64,000 nt of DNA from Gammaproteobacteria bacterium (GTDB lineage Bacteria; Pseudomonadota; Gammaproteobacteria; Steroidobacterales; UBA11654): the NCBI GenBank assembly GCA_002691465.1, contig NZHP01000036.1, positions 20,116 to 84,115 of the forward strand, given 5' to 3'. The notes beneath the pieces were generated by a model. The model was not told where the DNA came from and did no database searches. It saw only the letters and a program-made list of their open reading frames with translations. Every line of letters starts with the position of its first letter. The stretch's first letter is position 1. The translations under genes and the position numbers were made by a program. This document shows, in pieces, positions 11,377 to 20,638 of the stretch.

Positions 11377-12501
11377 TTAGCCACTAACTTCATCTGTGTC
11401 TCTCATCTTATAATTTTCGATCACGTCATAAGTAAAATTAACAGTATTTTCAGTTGAATGAAGGAATAGATCATCAAATGCTGATTCACTCATTTTCTTC
11501 AGAATTTTTTTGTCCTCAGAGATTCTTTTGATTGTCTCTGCTAGATGTTCAGATGTAAGATTCTCATTATCGATTAAGACTGTCCCACCTTTCTCTTCTA
11601 AAAAACGGGCATTATAAAATTGATGATTATCCATAGCATGTGGATATGGGATCAAGATTGATGGAAGTCCGGTAGCGCTGAGCTCAGAAACAGTCATCGC
11701 TCCAGCTCTTCCAATAAATAGGTCTGCCCAATCGTATGCTGATCCTACATTTGGATCAAACTTTGATACTTTAGCGTCAATGCCAAGCTTACTGTATGAC
11801 TCTTTAACTTCCTCATAATCTTGCTCTCCAGCATCATGCCTGACCTCTATATCGATGCATGTACTAACAAGTGATAATGCATTTGGAGCGCTCATATTTA
11901 TAGATCTTGCGCCTTGGCTGCCCCCCATTATAAAAACTCTCAGTCTATCTGATTGCTCTCTTTGGTGAGTGCTTTTTTTTAAATCTAAAATATCTTGCCT
12001 TATTGGATTACCCAAGAATTTTAGATCAAATGGAAGACTAAATGGTTTCTCAAACCACCTATATGCACCTGGCAATCCTTGAATCCCAGCTGCAGCTCTA
12101 AAAAAAAGAAGAAATTTATTTACTCTTCCTACTACAGAGTTTTGTTCTTGAATGATCACACACACATCTCTGCCTCCAGCACGACAAATTTCAGATGAAG
12201 CATATCCGCCCATTCCAAGAATCATGTCTGGTTTCATTTCTCTAACAAAATGTTTAACTTCTTTATCTATCCAGAAGCTCGATAAAAATTTTTTGTAAGT
12301 TGGGTAATCTTTTAGTTTTGACGGAAAATATTTCACTTGAAGGTCTTCAGATGCGAAGATCTTCTTCTCTATCTCATTTCCTGTTCCAACAATTAACACT
12401 TGATGCCCATCATTTTCATATTGATGAGCTAAAGCAATTGCAGGGTAAATATGGCCGCCAGTACCGCCAGTGGCAATAATAATTCTATATTTATCATCCA
12501 T
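11377..12501 (-). CDS. murG: Lipid I N-acetylglucosaminyltransferase MurG
   Basis: GGTGGHIYPA, GMGGY, QEQN, GNPIR, GGSQGA, RAGAMTVSE, HQFYNA. Confidence 0.93.
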   Translation of the reverse strand: MDDKYRIIIATGGTGGHIYPAIALAHQYENDGHQVLIVGTGNEIEKKIFASEDLQVKYFPSKLKDYPTYKKFLSSFWIDKEVKHFVREMKPDMILGMGGYASSEICRAGGRDVCVIIQEQNSVVGRVNKFLLFFRAAAGIQGLPGAYRWFEKPFSLPFDLKFLGNPIRQDILDLKKSTHQREQSDRLRVFIMGGSQGARSINMSAPNALSLVSTCIDIEVRHDAGEQDYEEVKESYSKLGIDAKVSKFDPNVGSAYDWADLFIGRAGAMTVSELSATGLPSILIPYPHAMDNHQFYNARFLEEKGGTVLIDNENLTSEHLAETIKRISEDKKILKKMSESAFDDLFLHSTENTVNFTYDVIENYKMRDTDEVSG

Positions 12502-13645
12502 TGGTTCTTAGATTCTTCTTTTGTCTGGGATTTTCATAACCAATTTTTAAGACAATTGCCAATGTAATCAATGTCATTAAAATACTGCTGCTTCCATAAC
12601 TAATCAGTGGCAAAGTTAATCCCTTAGTTGGCAGCATACCCATATTTACTCCCAAATTGATAATGACTTGCATTGCTAACCACAAACCTATCGCCATACA
12701 GAGATAACTCTGAAAAACTCTCTTTGCATTCAATGCCATAAACCCGATTGCAAAGATTCGATATATCAAAAGACCATATAACAATAAAAGCATCGTTGTG
12801 CCGACTAGACCAAGCTCTTCAGCGAATATTGCAAAGATAAAGTCTGTATGCGCTTCTGGTAAATAAAAAAGTTTTTGTAAGCTTTCACCAAGTCCTAAAC
12901 CAAATAAACCTCCAGAACCAATTGCAATCAAAGAATTTGTAAGTTGATAGCCTGCTCCCAAAGGATCATTCCAAGGTTCAATAAAATTCGTAAGTCTGGC
13001 CATTCTATATGGTGCAATATAGATTAAAATTGCGAACGCAGAAAAGAGAAGCAAAACTAAGACGACAAAATATCTCATCTTAAAGCCTGCTAGAAAAAAG
13101 AGACCAGCAGTAACAGATAAAATTATGACGGTTGAACCAAAATCAGGCTGAAGCAATAAAAGGAGGCACGCAGGAATGATAAAAATCATGGGTTTAACAA
13201 AACTCATAAAATTGTCTTTAACATTTTCTTGCTGTCTATAACAATATCCTGCCATATACATCATCAATAACAATCTAGCTGGGTCAATCACCTGAATATT
13301 AGGTAGGCCTGGAATATCCAACCATCTCGTAGATCCATTTACAGTTTTACCTAGTTCTGGAATGAATACAGATAAAAGGAGAAGCAATGCTGTCAGTGCT
13401 AAAAATATTCCTAATTTTTCCCAAAGCTGTGTAGGTATTAAAAATGCTATGAAACCACCAAATAATCCTAGGGATATTGCGAATAATTGCTTATTCACAT
13501 ACTCATATGGGTATCCCTCCTCTTTCATAGATAGAGGCATTGATGCTGAAGCTAGAATTACGATGCCACCAATTAATAAGAATGCAGTAGCTAAGAGGAA
13601 AAGACGATCATATGCTTCGCTTGATTCTATTGATGTGATGCCCAT
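12494..13645 (-). CDS. ftsW: Peptidoglycan polymerase FtsW
   Basis: Multi-TM SEDS protein, LLQPDFGS, YLPEAHTDFIFA, LPTKGLTLPLISYGSS; ATG at 13645 lies 2 bp after the mraY stop. Confidence 0.95.
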   Translation of the reverse strand: MGITSIESSEAYDRLFLLATAFLLIGGIVILASASMPLSMKEEGYPYEYVNKQLFAISLGLFGGFIAFLIPTQLWEKLGIFLALTALLLLLSVFIPELGKTVNGSTRWLDIPGLPNIQVIDPARLLLMMYMAGYCYRQQENVKDNFMSFVKPMIFIIPACLLLLLQPDFGSTVIILSVTAGLFFLAGFKMRYFVVLVLLLFSAFAILIYIAPYRMARLTNFIEPWNDPLGAGYQLTNSLIAIGSGGLFGLGLGESLQKLFYLPEAHTDFIFAIFAEELGLVGTTMLLLLYGLLIYRIFAIGFMALNAKRVFQSYLCMAIGLWLAMQVIINLGVNMGMLPTKGLTLPLISYGSSSILMTLITLAIVLKIGYENPRQKKNLRTNG

Positions 13646-13647
13646 TA

Positions 13648-14727
13648 TTATCTTATTTTGAGACTTGATAAGCCAATCAAGACAAGAAAAACTGTGATGA
13701 TCCAAAACCTTACAATTACTTTGGGTTCAGCCCATCCTTTTAATTCAAAGTGATGGTGGATTGGAGCCATATTAAAAATTCTCTTTCCTCTCAGTTTAAA
13801 TGAACCAACCTGAAGAACCACTGATAAAGTTTCCACGATAAAAATACCGCCCATGATAGCCAATACCAACTCCTGTTTGACGATCACAGCAATCGTTCCA
13901 AGTATTCCACCAAGAGATACAGCGCCAACATCCCCCATAAAGATCTGAGCTGGATATGCGTTGAACCACAAAAATCCCAACCCAGCACCTGAGATGGCAC
14001 AACAAAAAACAAAAACTTCCCCCGCATCTTGAAGAAAAGGCAAATCCAGATACTCAGCAAAGTTAAAATTGCCAGTCACATAAGCAAAAATTCCAAGAGC
14101 AATCGCAATCATTGAAACAGGCATGATTGCTAAACCATCCAATCCATCGGTTAGATTAACTGCATTGCTTGAGCCAACAATCACAAAAATTGCAAAGGGA
14201 AGAAAGAGCCAACCTAAATCAAGGCGAAAATTATTTGTAAAAGGGATCAGTACTTCTGAGCTGAGTACACTGCTCCCTTGTCCCAAAAGATAATAAGTGG
14301 ATGAAGCTGCGACAATAAACTGCAAAATTAATTTTGTTTTCGCAGACATGCCTTTTTTACTTTTTTTAAGCTTTGTGAAATCATCAATAAATCCGATCAT
14401 TCCAAAAGAAATGATCGAAGCAATAAGAACTAAATTATAAACATTACTCAAGTCTGACCATATAAGAACACTGACAACAATCGAAAGGATAATCATGAGT
14501 CCGCCCATTGTGGGAGTCCCGCCCTTTGAAGAGTGACTAGATGGGCCATCGGTTCTGATTGTCTCTCCAATTTTTTTGCCCTGAAGTGCTGCTATGATCT
14601 TGGGTCCAAATAAGAAGGAAATAATGAGTGCTGTTAATGCAGCTAGAATACCCCTAGTTGTAATATAGGTAAAAGCATTAAGTGGAGAAAACCACTCGAT
14701 CAAATTTTCAGAAAAATATAAAAACAT
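13648..14727 (-). CDS. mraY: Phospho-MurNAc-pentapeptide transferase
   Basis: KGGTPTMGG, GFIDD, NAVNLTDGLDGL, FMGDVG, APIHHHFELKGW. Confidence 0.97.
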   Translation of the reverse strand: MFLYFSENLIEWFSPLNAFTYITTRGILAALTALIISFLFGPKIIAALQGKKIGETIRTDGPSSHSSKGGTPTMGGLMIILSIVVSVLIWSDLSNVYNLVLIASIISFGMIGFIDDFTKLKKSKKGMSAKTKLILQFIVAASSTYYLLGQGSSVLSSEVLIPFTNNFRLDLGWLFLPFAIFVIVGSSNAVNLTDGLDGLAIMPVSMIAIALGIFAYVTGNFNFAEYLDLPFLQDAGEVFVFCCAISGAGLGFLWFNAYPAQIFMGDVGAVSLGGILGTIAVIVKQELVLAIMGGIFIVETLSVVLQVGSFKLRGKRIFNMAPIHHHFELKGWAEPKVIVRFWIITVFLVLIGLSSLKIR

Positions 14728-14789
14728 GATTACTCCCTTAATGTTTCCTAAAAATCATTGTCGTTAGATTAACACTTATCACATTAAAA

Positions 14790-16460
14790 TTATTTATCAT
14801 CTGGAGCTATTCCCAGAAGCCTAAGAGTGTGTGAACCTATTTCAGAAAAAACAGGCGCTGCGACTTGTCCTCCATAATATTCTTTCCCTCCTGGCTCATT
14901 AACAATGACTGCAATTGCTATCTTTGGTTTTGTCAGTGGTGCGACACCAACAAATAAAGCATTGTGTTTATTTGAAGAGTAGTTTTCAGCAGCAATTTGT
15001 GCTGTACCAGTTTTACCGCCAATACGATATCCATTGATTTTTGCTCGAGGAGCTCCTCTTATAGCGACATTTTCAAGCATTGAAAGTATCTCATTAGAAG
15101 TTTTTTCTGAGAGAACGCGATCACCATCTAATTTTTCATCTTCAATCTTTTTCAAAGTAATGGGTTTCCTGATTCCACCATTCGCTAAAGCTGCATATGC
15201 CCCTGCAAGTTGGATCAGGCTGATGTCAACATTGTACCCATATGATAGAGAAGCAATCATACCCTCTCTCCATCGACTACATTGATAGTCCAAAGTGCCA
15301 GACGCTTCACCTGGAAAACCAGAAGATGTGACTTGACCAAATCCAAGACTATTAAAGAATGTGAATAAATCACATGGGTCAATCTCCAAGGCAATTTTTG
15401 AGATTCCTGTATTGCTCGATTTTATCAGCACTTCTTCCATTGTTAGCAAACCATGATCTCTAGGGTCTTTAATTGTTCTGGCACCAATTTTATATGCAGA
15501 TGTATCTACAACAGCTTCTGGCTCAAAAATCTTATAGTTTAGAGCTGCGGCCATTGTCAGTGTTTTAAAAGTTGAACCAGGCTCAAACTTATCTGTGATT
15601 GCTTTATTTTTATATATTTTTGGAGTTCTATTTTTTGAAAAAGAAAGATCTCCAGCTGGCTGATTTGAAATCGCTAGAATCTCACCAGTAGTGACATCCA
15701 TTACAACAACAGACCCTCCCTTTGCATTATTTTTTTCAATTCCTGACTTCAAAGCTTGATGAGCAAAATGTTGTATCTTTATATCTATGCTTGAATAAAA
15801 ATCCTCGCCTATTAGGGGATCACTAATGATCTCTATATCAGCAATACTATTTTGATGCACATCTGTCAGTGTTTTCTTCAAACCATTCGTTCCAGAGAGG
15901 CCCTTGTTTAAGGCATACTCTAAACCCTCTTGCCCGCTGCCCTCGCTATCGGTAAACCCCAATAAATGAGATGCAGTTTCTCCGCTGGGGTAAAACCTCT
16001 TATAAAAGGTCTCAAGCCATATATAATTTCCAAAATTGTCTCCACGAATAATTTCTACATCTGATTTCCTTAATTCTCTCTTAAGCACAAAATATCTTTT
16101 GCTGCTCCTCTTTCTTATTTCTGCATCAATCTCTCTTGCAGGCTTGGAGATTATTTTTGATAGTGAGTTCAATAGCTGAGGGTAGCTGTCCTTTATAAGC
16201 AGAGTTTTTGGATCAACAATCAATCTATACACGGGGATACTCACCGCGAGTGGGATGCCATTTCTATCATAGATGCTCCCTCTGTTTGCAGGTATATTTT
16301 TATATTTAATATGCTTCTTGTCACCTTCTGTATTAAGAAAATCAGACTCAAGGTACTGCAAATAAAAAGAACGAGCGAATAGGCCTAGAAGCATGGCTGA
16401 TATCAGACATAATAAGAATATAAACCTTGATTTAATTAATCCTTTCTCAGTTTGCTTCAT
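14790..16460 (-). CDS. ftsI: Septal transpeptidase PBP3
   Basis: RGSIYDRNG, EPGSTFK (SxxK), KSSN (SxN), GKTGT (KTG). Confidence 0.95.
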   Translation of the reverse strand: MKQTEKGLIKSRFIFLLCLISAMLLGLFARSFYLQYLESDFLNTEGDKKHIKYKNIPANRGSIYDRNGIPLAVSIPVYRLIVDPKTLLIKDSYPQLLNSLSKIISKPAREIDAEIRKRSSKRYFVLKRELRKSDVEIIRGDNFGNYIWLETFYKRFYPSGETASHLLGFTDSEGSGQEGLEYALNKGLSGTNGLKKTLTDVHQNSIADIEIISDPLIGEDFYSSIDIKIQHFAHQALKSGIEKNNAKGGSVVVMDVTTGEILAISNQPAGDLSFSKNRTPKIYKNKAITDKFEPGSTFKTLTMAAALNYKIFEPEAVVDTSAYKIGARTIKDPRDHGLLTMEEVLIKSSNTGISKIALEIDPCDLFTFFNSLGFGQVTSSGFPGEASGTLDYQCSRWREGMIASLSYGYNVDISLIQLAGAYAALANGGIRKPITLKKIEDEKLDGDRVLSEKTSNEILSMLENVAIRGAPRAKINGYRIGGKTGTAQIAAENYSSNKHNALFVGVAPLTKPKIAIAVIVNEPGGKEYYGGQVAAPVFSEIGSHTLRLLGIAPDDK

Positions 16461-16737
16461 GTTTTTTTAATAAATTTATTTTCCTAGAGTCAGGAAGTAT
16501 CATTCCGGCTTTTTCTGTAGCCGTCCCTCCAATTTTTTGTCCCGACGAAAATGCTGAATAATCTAGCTGAAGTTCCCTCCACTCCATTTCGAGCCTTTGA
16601 GTTTCTGAGACAATAATTTGATATTCCTGAAATAGATTCCTTTTGTTAAAGTGCAACTGAACCTCATATAAGCCTGATAAGCAAACAGTCAGATACCATA
16701 AAAAGAGCCATTTATAGTTAATATTTTTTGTCTTCAT
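16447..16737 (-). CDS. ftsL: Cell division protein FtsL
   Basis: Short TM plus coiled coil, EWRELQLD, AGM.LP; lies between rsmH and ftsI. Confidence 0.8.
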   Translation of the reverse strand: MKTKNINYKWLFLWYLTVCLSGLYEVQLHFNKRNLFQEYQIIVSETQRLEMEWRELQLDYSAFSSGQKIGGTATEKAGMILPDSRKINLLKKHEAN

Positions 16738-17651
16738 TTTATTCTCTCAACTACTCTAAGCACGGCACTCCTTGACCGTGGATTGAGATTTATTTCTTCA
16801 TCGCTCGGCTTTATAGCCTTAGATACGAGCTTAAATGATGAGTCATCTGCTAGGTTTGGAAGCTTAGATAATCTTGGGTCTCTTCGAGAATGATCCCTGA
16901 AGAATCGTTTAACCATTCTATCCTCTAATGAATGGAAACTAATGATGCAAGCCCTTCCACCTATTTTTAGATGTTTTGAAATGAAATCCAAGAGTAACTC
17001 TAGCTCTTCGAGTTCATTATTGATGAATATCCTTATTGCTTGAAATGTTTTTGTTGCTGGATGCTTCTTATCATTAAATCTTCTCGGAACTTCTTCAAGG
17101 AGAATTTCAGCAAGTTCTTTTGTTGACTCGATTTTAATATTCTTTCTAGCCTCAACAATTGCTTTAGCAATTCTTTTTGCTTTTTTTTCTTCACCATATT
17201 TCCAGAGAACGCTTGAAATTTCTTTTTCTGAAGCATTGCTCAACCAACTCGATGCGTCTTCGCCTATATTTTGATTCATTCTCATATCAAGAGGACCGTC
17301 TTTCATGAAGCTGAAACCTCTTTTTGGATTATTTAACTGATACGATGAAACTCCAATATCAGCAAGTATTCCATCATAATTATTTGTACTAAATAATTTA
17401 TCCAGTTGACTAAAACGAGCCTGATGGATGCTGATTCGCTGCTCAGATTTAAATTTTGATTTCAAATAACTTATAGCTTCGGGATCTTGATCTGATGCAA
17501 CGAGTGAGCCATCAACTAATTGCTCTAAAATAGCAGAAGAGTGTCCTCCAAAGCCTGATGTCGCATCTAGATAATTCCCATTTCTTCTAATTAAAAGGTG
17601 CTGAATAACTTCCTCAGTTAATACTGGGATATGAAATGATTCATTGATCAT
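16734..17651 (-). CDS. rsmH: 16S rRNA m4C1402 methyltransferase
   Basis: HIPVL, DATSGFGGHS, DIGVSS, GPLDMRM, ISFHSLEDR, NPRSRSA; start moved to ATG 17651. Confidence 0.96.
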   Translation of the reverse strand: MINESFHIPVLTEEVIQHLLIRRNGNYLDATSGFGGHSSAILEQLVDGSLVASDQDPEAISYLKSKFKSEQRISIHQARFSQLDKLFSTNNYDGILADIGVSSYQLNNPKRGFSFMKDGPLDMRMNQNIGEDASSWLSNASEKEISSVLWKYGEEKKAKRIAKAIVEARKNIKIESTKELAEILLEEVPRRFNDKKHPATKTFQAIRIFINNELEELELLLDFISKHLKIGGRACIISFHSLEDRMVKRFFRDHSRRDPRLSKLPNLADDSSFKLVSKAIKPSDEEINLNPRSRSAVLRVVERIK

Positions 17652-17665
17652 GGTGTTTGCCGAAA

Positions 17666-18841
17666 TCAAAAATCTAGGTCAGGATCTTGTCTTCTTAAAA
17701 AACGAGGTATATCCAGTAACTTTTCGTCATGCTCATCAGGTTGCTTTGTTTTTTCTAGGCTTTCGAACATGTCTTGGGTTGTTTGCTGTTTCAATCCATT
17801 TCTAGCTGTAATAGGACGATCCAAATCATCAAAGGATCTTTCTCGATCTTGCTCTTTAGTATCATCTGTTCTGAGAGCATTCAGACCTGTAGCAACCAAT
17901 GTCACTCTTATGCTGTCATTCTCCAAATCGCTTGATAATGCAGTACCAACAATCACTTTTGATTTTTCGGCTGCATAGCTCTGAGCAATGTCGCCAATTT
18001 GGTTAAACTCCGAAATCTCTAGATCCGTTCCTACTGTGACATTAAGCAGTATTCCGGAGGCTCCCTCCAAATTGATCTCTTCCAATAAAGGGCTCTTAAC
18101 TGCTTTCTCAATGGCAAGTCTTGCTCTATCCGGCCCCGATGCAATTGCTGAGCCCATAATGCTTCGCCCTTTTTTGCCCATCACTGCTTTTACATCAGCA
18201 AAATCAAGATTAATAACTCCTGGAACAGTTATTAATTCAGCAATACCCTGAACTGAATTTAGAAGAACATCATTTGCCGCATCAAATGCTTTAAAAACTG
18301 TAATTTTTTTACCCAATGACTCCAAACGATCATTCGGAATAACAATTAGAGAGTCAACATGCTCCTCAAGACTCCTTAGCCCCTGTTCTGCGAGAGAAGA
18401 TCTTTCGTCACCCTCCCACTTAAATGGTTTGGTAACAACGCCAACTGTTAAAATCCCCATCTCTTTTGCAATTTTTGCAATCACTGGGCTGGCTCCTGTG
18501 CCAGTGCCACCTCCAAATCCTGCTGTTATGAATAACATATCGGTATCAGAGAGTACTGATTTTATAGATTCGGCTGCCTCTTCAGCAGAGGCTTTTCCAA
18601 TCTCTGGATTCATTCCAGCGCCTAATCCTTTTGAGGTTTCAACTCCAAGCTGAATCTTTTCTTCAGCAGGTGAGGATGAAAGATCCTGTGTATCTGTATT
18701 TGCACAAAGAAAATTTACACCTTGAATACCTTGACTGATCATATGATTGACTGCATTTCCGCCTCCTCCACCAACACCAATGACTTTTATATTGGCCCTT
18801 TGGCTATCTGTATCCATTAATTCAAAAGCAAATTCACCCAT
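17666..18841 (-). CDS. ftsZ: Cell division protein FtsZ
   Basis: IKVIGVGGGGGNAV, GGGTGTG tubulin motif, INLDFADV T7 loop, C-terminal peptide LDIPRFLRRQ. Confidence 0.98.
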   Translation of the reverse strand: MGEFAFELMDTDSQRANIKVIGVGGGGGNAVNHMISQGIQGVNFLCANTDTQDLSSSPAEEKIQLGVETSKGLGAGMNPEIGKASAEEAAESIKSVLSDTDMLFITAGFGGGTGTGASPVIAKIAKEMGILTVGVVTKPFKWEGDERSSLAEQGLRSLEEHVDSLIVIPNDRLESLGKKITVFKAFDAANDVLLNSVQGIAELITVPGVINLDFADVKAVMGKKGRSIMGSAIASGPDRARLAIEKAVKSPLLEEINLEGASGILLNVTVGTDLEISEFNQIGDIAQSYAAEKSKVIVGTALSSDLENDSIRVTLVATGLNALRTDDTKEQDRERSFDDLDRPITARNGLKQQTTQDMFESLEKTKQPDEHDEKLLDIPRFLRRQDPDLDF

Positions 18842-18852
18842 ATGTATTCTGC

Positions 18853-19299
18853 CTAAATTGAAATATCTCTCAGTTGTTCGGTTAGTGCGAGATCACTTTT
18901 TTTCAGCCATAAATCTCTCGACTGATTCCATGATTGATAGTTCCATATTTCAAAGCGTTGGCCTTGGCCTATGAACATGGCTGATTTTTTTATGCCTGAA
19001 AATTCTCTTAATTCTACCGGTACTAAGATCCTATTGTGACTATCTAAAACTAACTCACTGGCATGCCCAACCATTAAGCGTTGAAGCATCCTGCTAGATT
19101 TATCAAGTGAAGGGAGCTCCATAATTGTTTTTTCAATTTTGAGCCAAATCTTTTTTGGATATAAAAGTAGACATTGATCAATATCAATAGTGCATATGAG
19201 CTCATTAGAGCCATATTTTGAGAGTTCCGATCGATACTTTGTAGGAATGGATATCCGTCCCTTAGTATCTAAACTAATTTTATTCAATCCTCTAAACAT
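18853..19299 (-). CDS. mraZ: Transcriptional regulator MraZ
   Basis: MFRG start at 19299, two DxxxR motifs (DTKGR, DSHNR), FEIW. Confidence 0.93.
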   Translation of the reverse strand: MFRGLNKISLDTKGRISIPTKYRSELSKYGSNELICTIDIDQCLLLYPKKIWLKIEKTIMELPSLDKSSRMLQRLMVGHASELVLDSHNRILVPVELREFSGIKKSAMFIGQGQRFEIWNYQSWNQSRDLWLKKSDLALTEQLRDISI

Positions 19300-19329
19300 T
19301 ATGTTTATCAGTAAGATCAAGCGTTTTAT

Positions 19330-19344
19330 CCCACTTTTTACCAC
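19330..19344 (-). promoter_or_regulatory. MraZ-binding boxes (GTGG repeats at 10-bp period)
   Basis: Minus strand reads GTGGTAAAAAGTGGG between the promoter and the mraZ start, matching the known GTGG-type MraZ operator repeats. Confidence 0.7.
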
Positions 19345-19353
19345 TAATAGACA

Positions 19354-19381
19354 ACTATAGTTTATATACAAATGATGTCAA
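19354..19381 (-). promoter_or_regulatory. Sigma70 promoter of the dcw operon
   Basis: TTGACA (19381-19376), 16-bp spacer, TATAGT (19359-19354), directly upstream of the MraZ boxes. Confidence 0.65.
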
Positions 19382-19404
19382 TAGATAAAAGAGATAATTA
19401 GAGG

Positions 19405-19739
19405 ATATGGAGTTGGCCTGTAAGCCGGGTTCTGTCTTAGTACAATCATTCATCTGGGATGCTTGTCACCAAACACCTCAAGCGACCCACCCAAGAGTGA
19501 TTTCGGGTTATCATTACTCTTCTATTTGGTCTTGCTCCCGATGGGGTTTGCAATGCCCTTACTGTTGCCAATAAGGCGGTGCGCTCTTACCGCACCTTTT
19601 CACCCTTACTCTAAATAAATAGAGCGGTTTATTTTCTGATGCACTTTCCATAGGCTCGCGCCTTCCAGGTGTTACCTGGCATCGTTCCCGAAGGAGCCCG
19701 GACTTTCCTCTGTAATTCAGCGATTGTCTGGCCAACTCC
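19405..19739 (-). ncRNA. rnpB: RNase P RNA, type A
   Basis: GAGGAAAGTCCGGGCTCC near the 5' end, GGTGCGGTAAGAGCGCACC, ACAGAACCCGGCTTA near the 3' end, P1 pairing GGAGTTGGC/GCCAACTCC; rsmI-rnpB-mraZ synteny. Confidence 0.97.
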
Positions 19740-19777
19740 AAGGAGGATTATTAATCAATGCATCTGAAAATACAAGG

Positions 19778-20617
19778 CTATTGATTTTTAATCTTTAGCG
19801 CTCGATCATAAATTTTTGACTTACTGGATTTAGATACCTTATTGGCAATTTCAACAGCTTTCTTAAGAGATAGGTCACTCATGAGAATGCTCAAGATTGT
19901 ATCAAGCTCCTCATTGATAATTTCTTCTCTAGAAGAACCCTGAACAACAACCGTAAACTCTCCTTTTATTTTCTCTTTATTATTCCTAAAATACTGGGAG
20001 ATATCAGTCAATGTTTCGCCAATAAATGACTCGTGCATCTTCGTGATTTCTTTGCAGACTACAGCGGATCTATTGCCTCCAAAAACATTGATCATATCTT
20101 CTATGGAAGATTGGATTCTATGAACGGATTCATAGAAAATCAGTGTTTCTTCTTTATGATTCAATTTTTTGAGTTCATTAATTCTTTTATTAGCAGTTCT
20201 AGGCAAAAAACCCTGAAAAGTAAATCGATCGGAAGGCAGGCCTGATGATGTGATTGCAGCTATTAGTGCACAACAGCCAGGGATAGGCTCAACTCTGATA
20301 TTATTCTCTCTTGCATGCTTAATAAATTTATATCCAGGGTCACTAATTAGTGGCGTTCCAGCATCTGAAACAAGTGCAATGTTTTTTCCCTCTTTTAGTT
20401 CAGAAATAATTTTTGGGGCTTTCCTGTCCTCGTTGATTTGATTAAAAGATTGCAAAGATGATTTTGTTTTTACTGCATGATGCTTTAAAAGCTTAGATGT
20501 GACTCTTGTATCTTCGGTCAGAATGCTATCTACACTATTCAATACATCTATGGCACGAATTGTAATATCGTTAATGTTACCTATTGGTGTAGAAACAAGA
20601 TAAAGAGTGCCTGTCAT
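19778..20617 (-). CDS. rsmI: 16S rRNA C1402 2'-O-methyltransferase
   Basis: LYLVSTPIGN, EDTR, LVSDAGTPLISDPG, FYES, EITKMHE. Confidence 0.96.
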   Translation of the reverse strand: MTGTLYLVSTPIGNINDITIRAIDVLNSVDSILTEDTRVTSKLLKHHAVKTKSSLQSFNQINEDRKAPKIISELKEGKNIALVSDAGTPLISDPGYKFIKHARENNIRVEPIPGCCALIAAITSSGLPSDRFTFQGFLPRTANKRINELKKLNHKEETLIFYESVHRIQSSIEDMINVFGGNRSAVVCKEITKMHESFIGETLTDISQYFRNNKEKIKGEFTVVVQGSSREEIINEELDTILSILMSDLSLKKAVEIANKVSKSSKSKIYDRALKIKNQ

Positions 20618-20638
20618 TTAATTTTCATGCATTAAAGA

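Noticed and set aside
13646-13705. FtsW N-terminal extension overlapping mraY, or a murD remnant
   Set aside because: It is the mraY 3' end read in another frame; ATG 13645 is the better start and no ligase motifs are visible
19300-19371. N-terminal extension of MraZ in the ORF track
   Set aside because: Region holds the promoter and MraZ boxes; the conserved MFRG start is at 19299
19559-19741. 60-aa ORF on the minus strand
   Set aside because: Lies within the RNase P RNA gene; spurious translation
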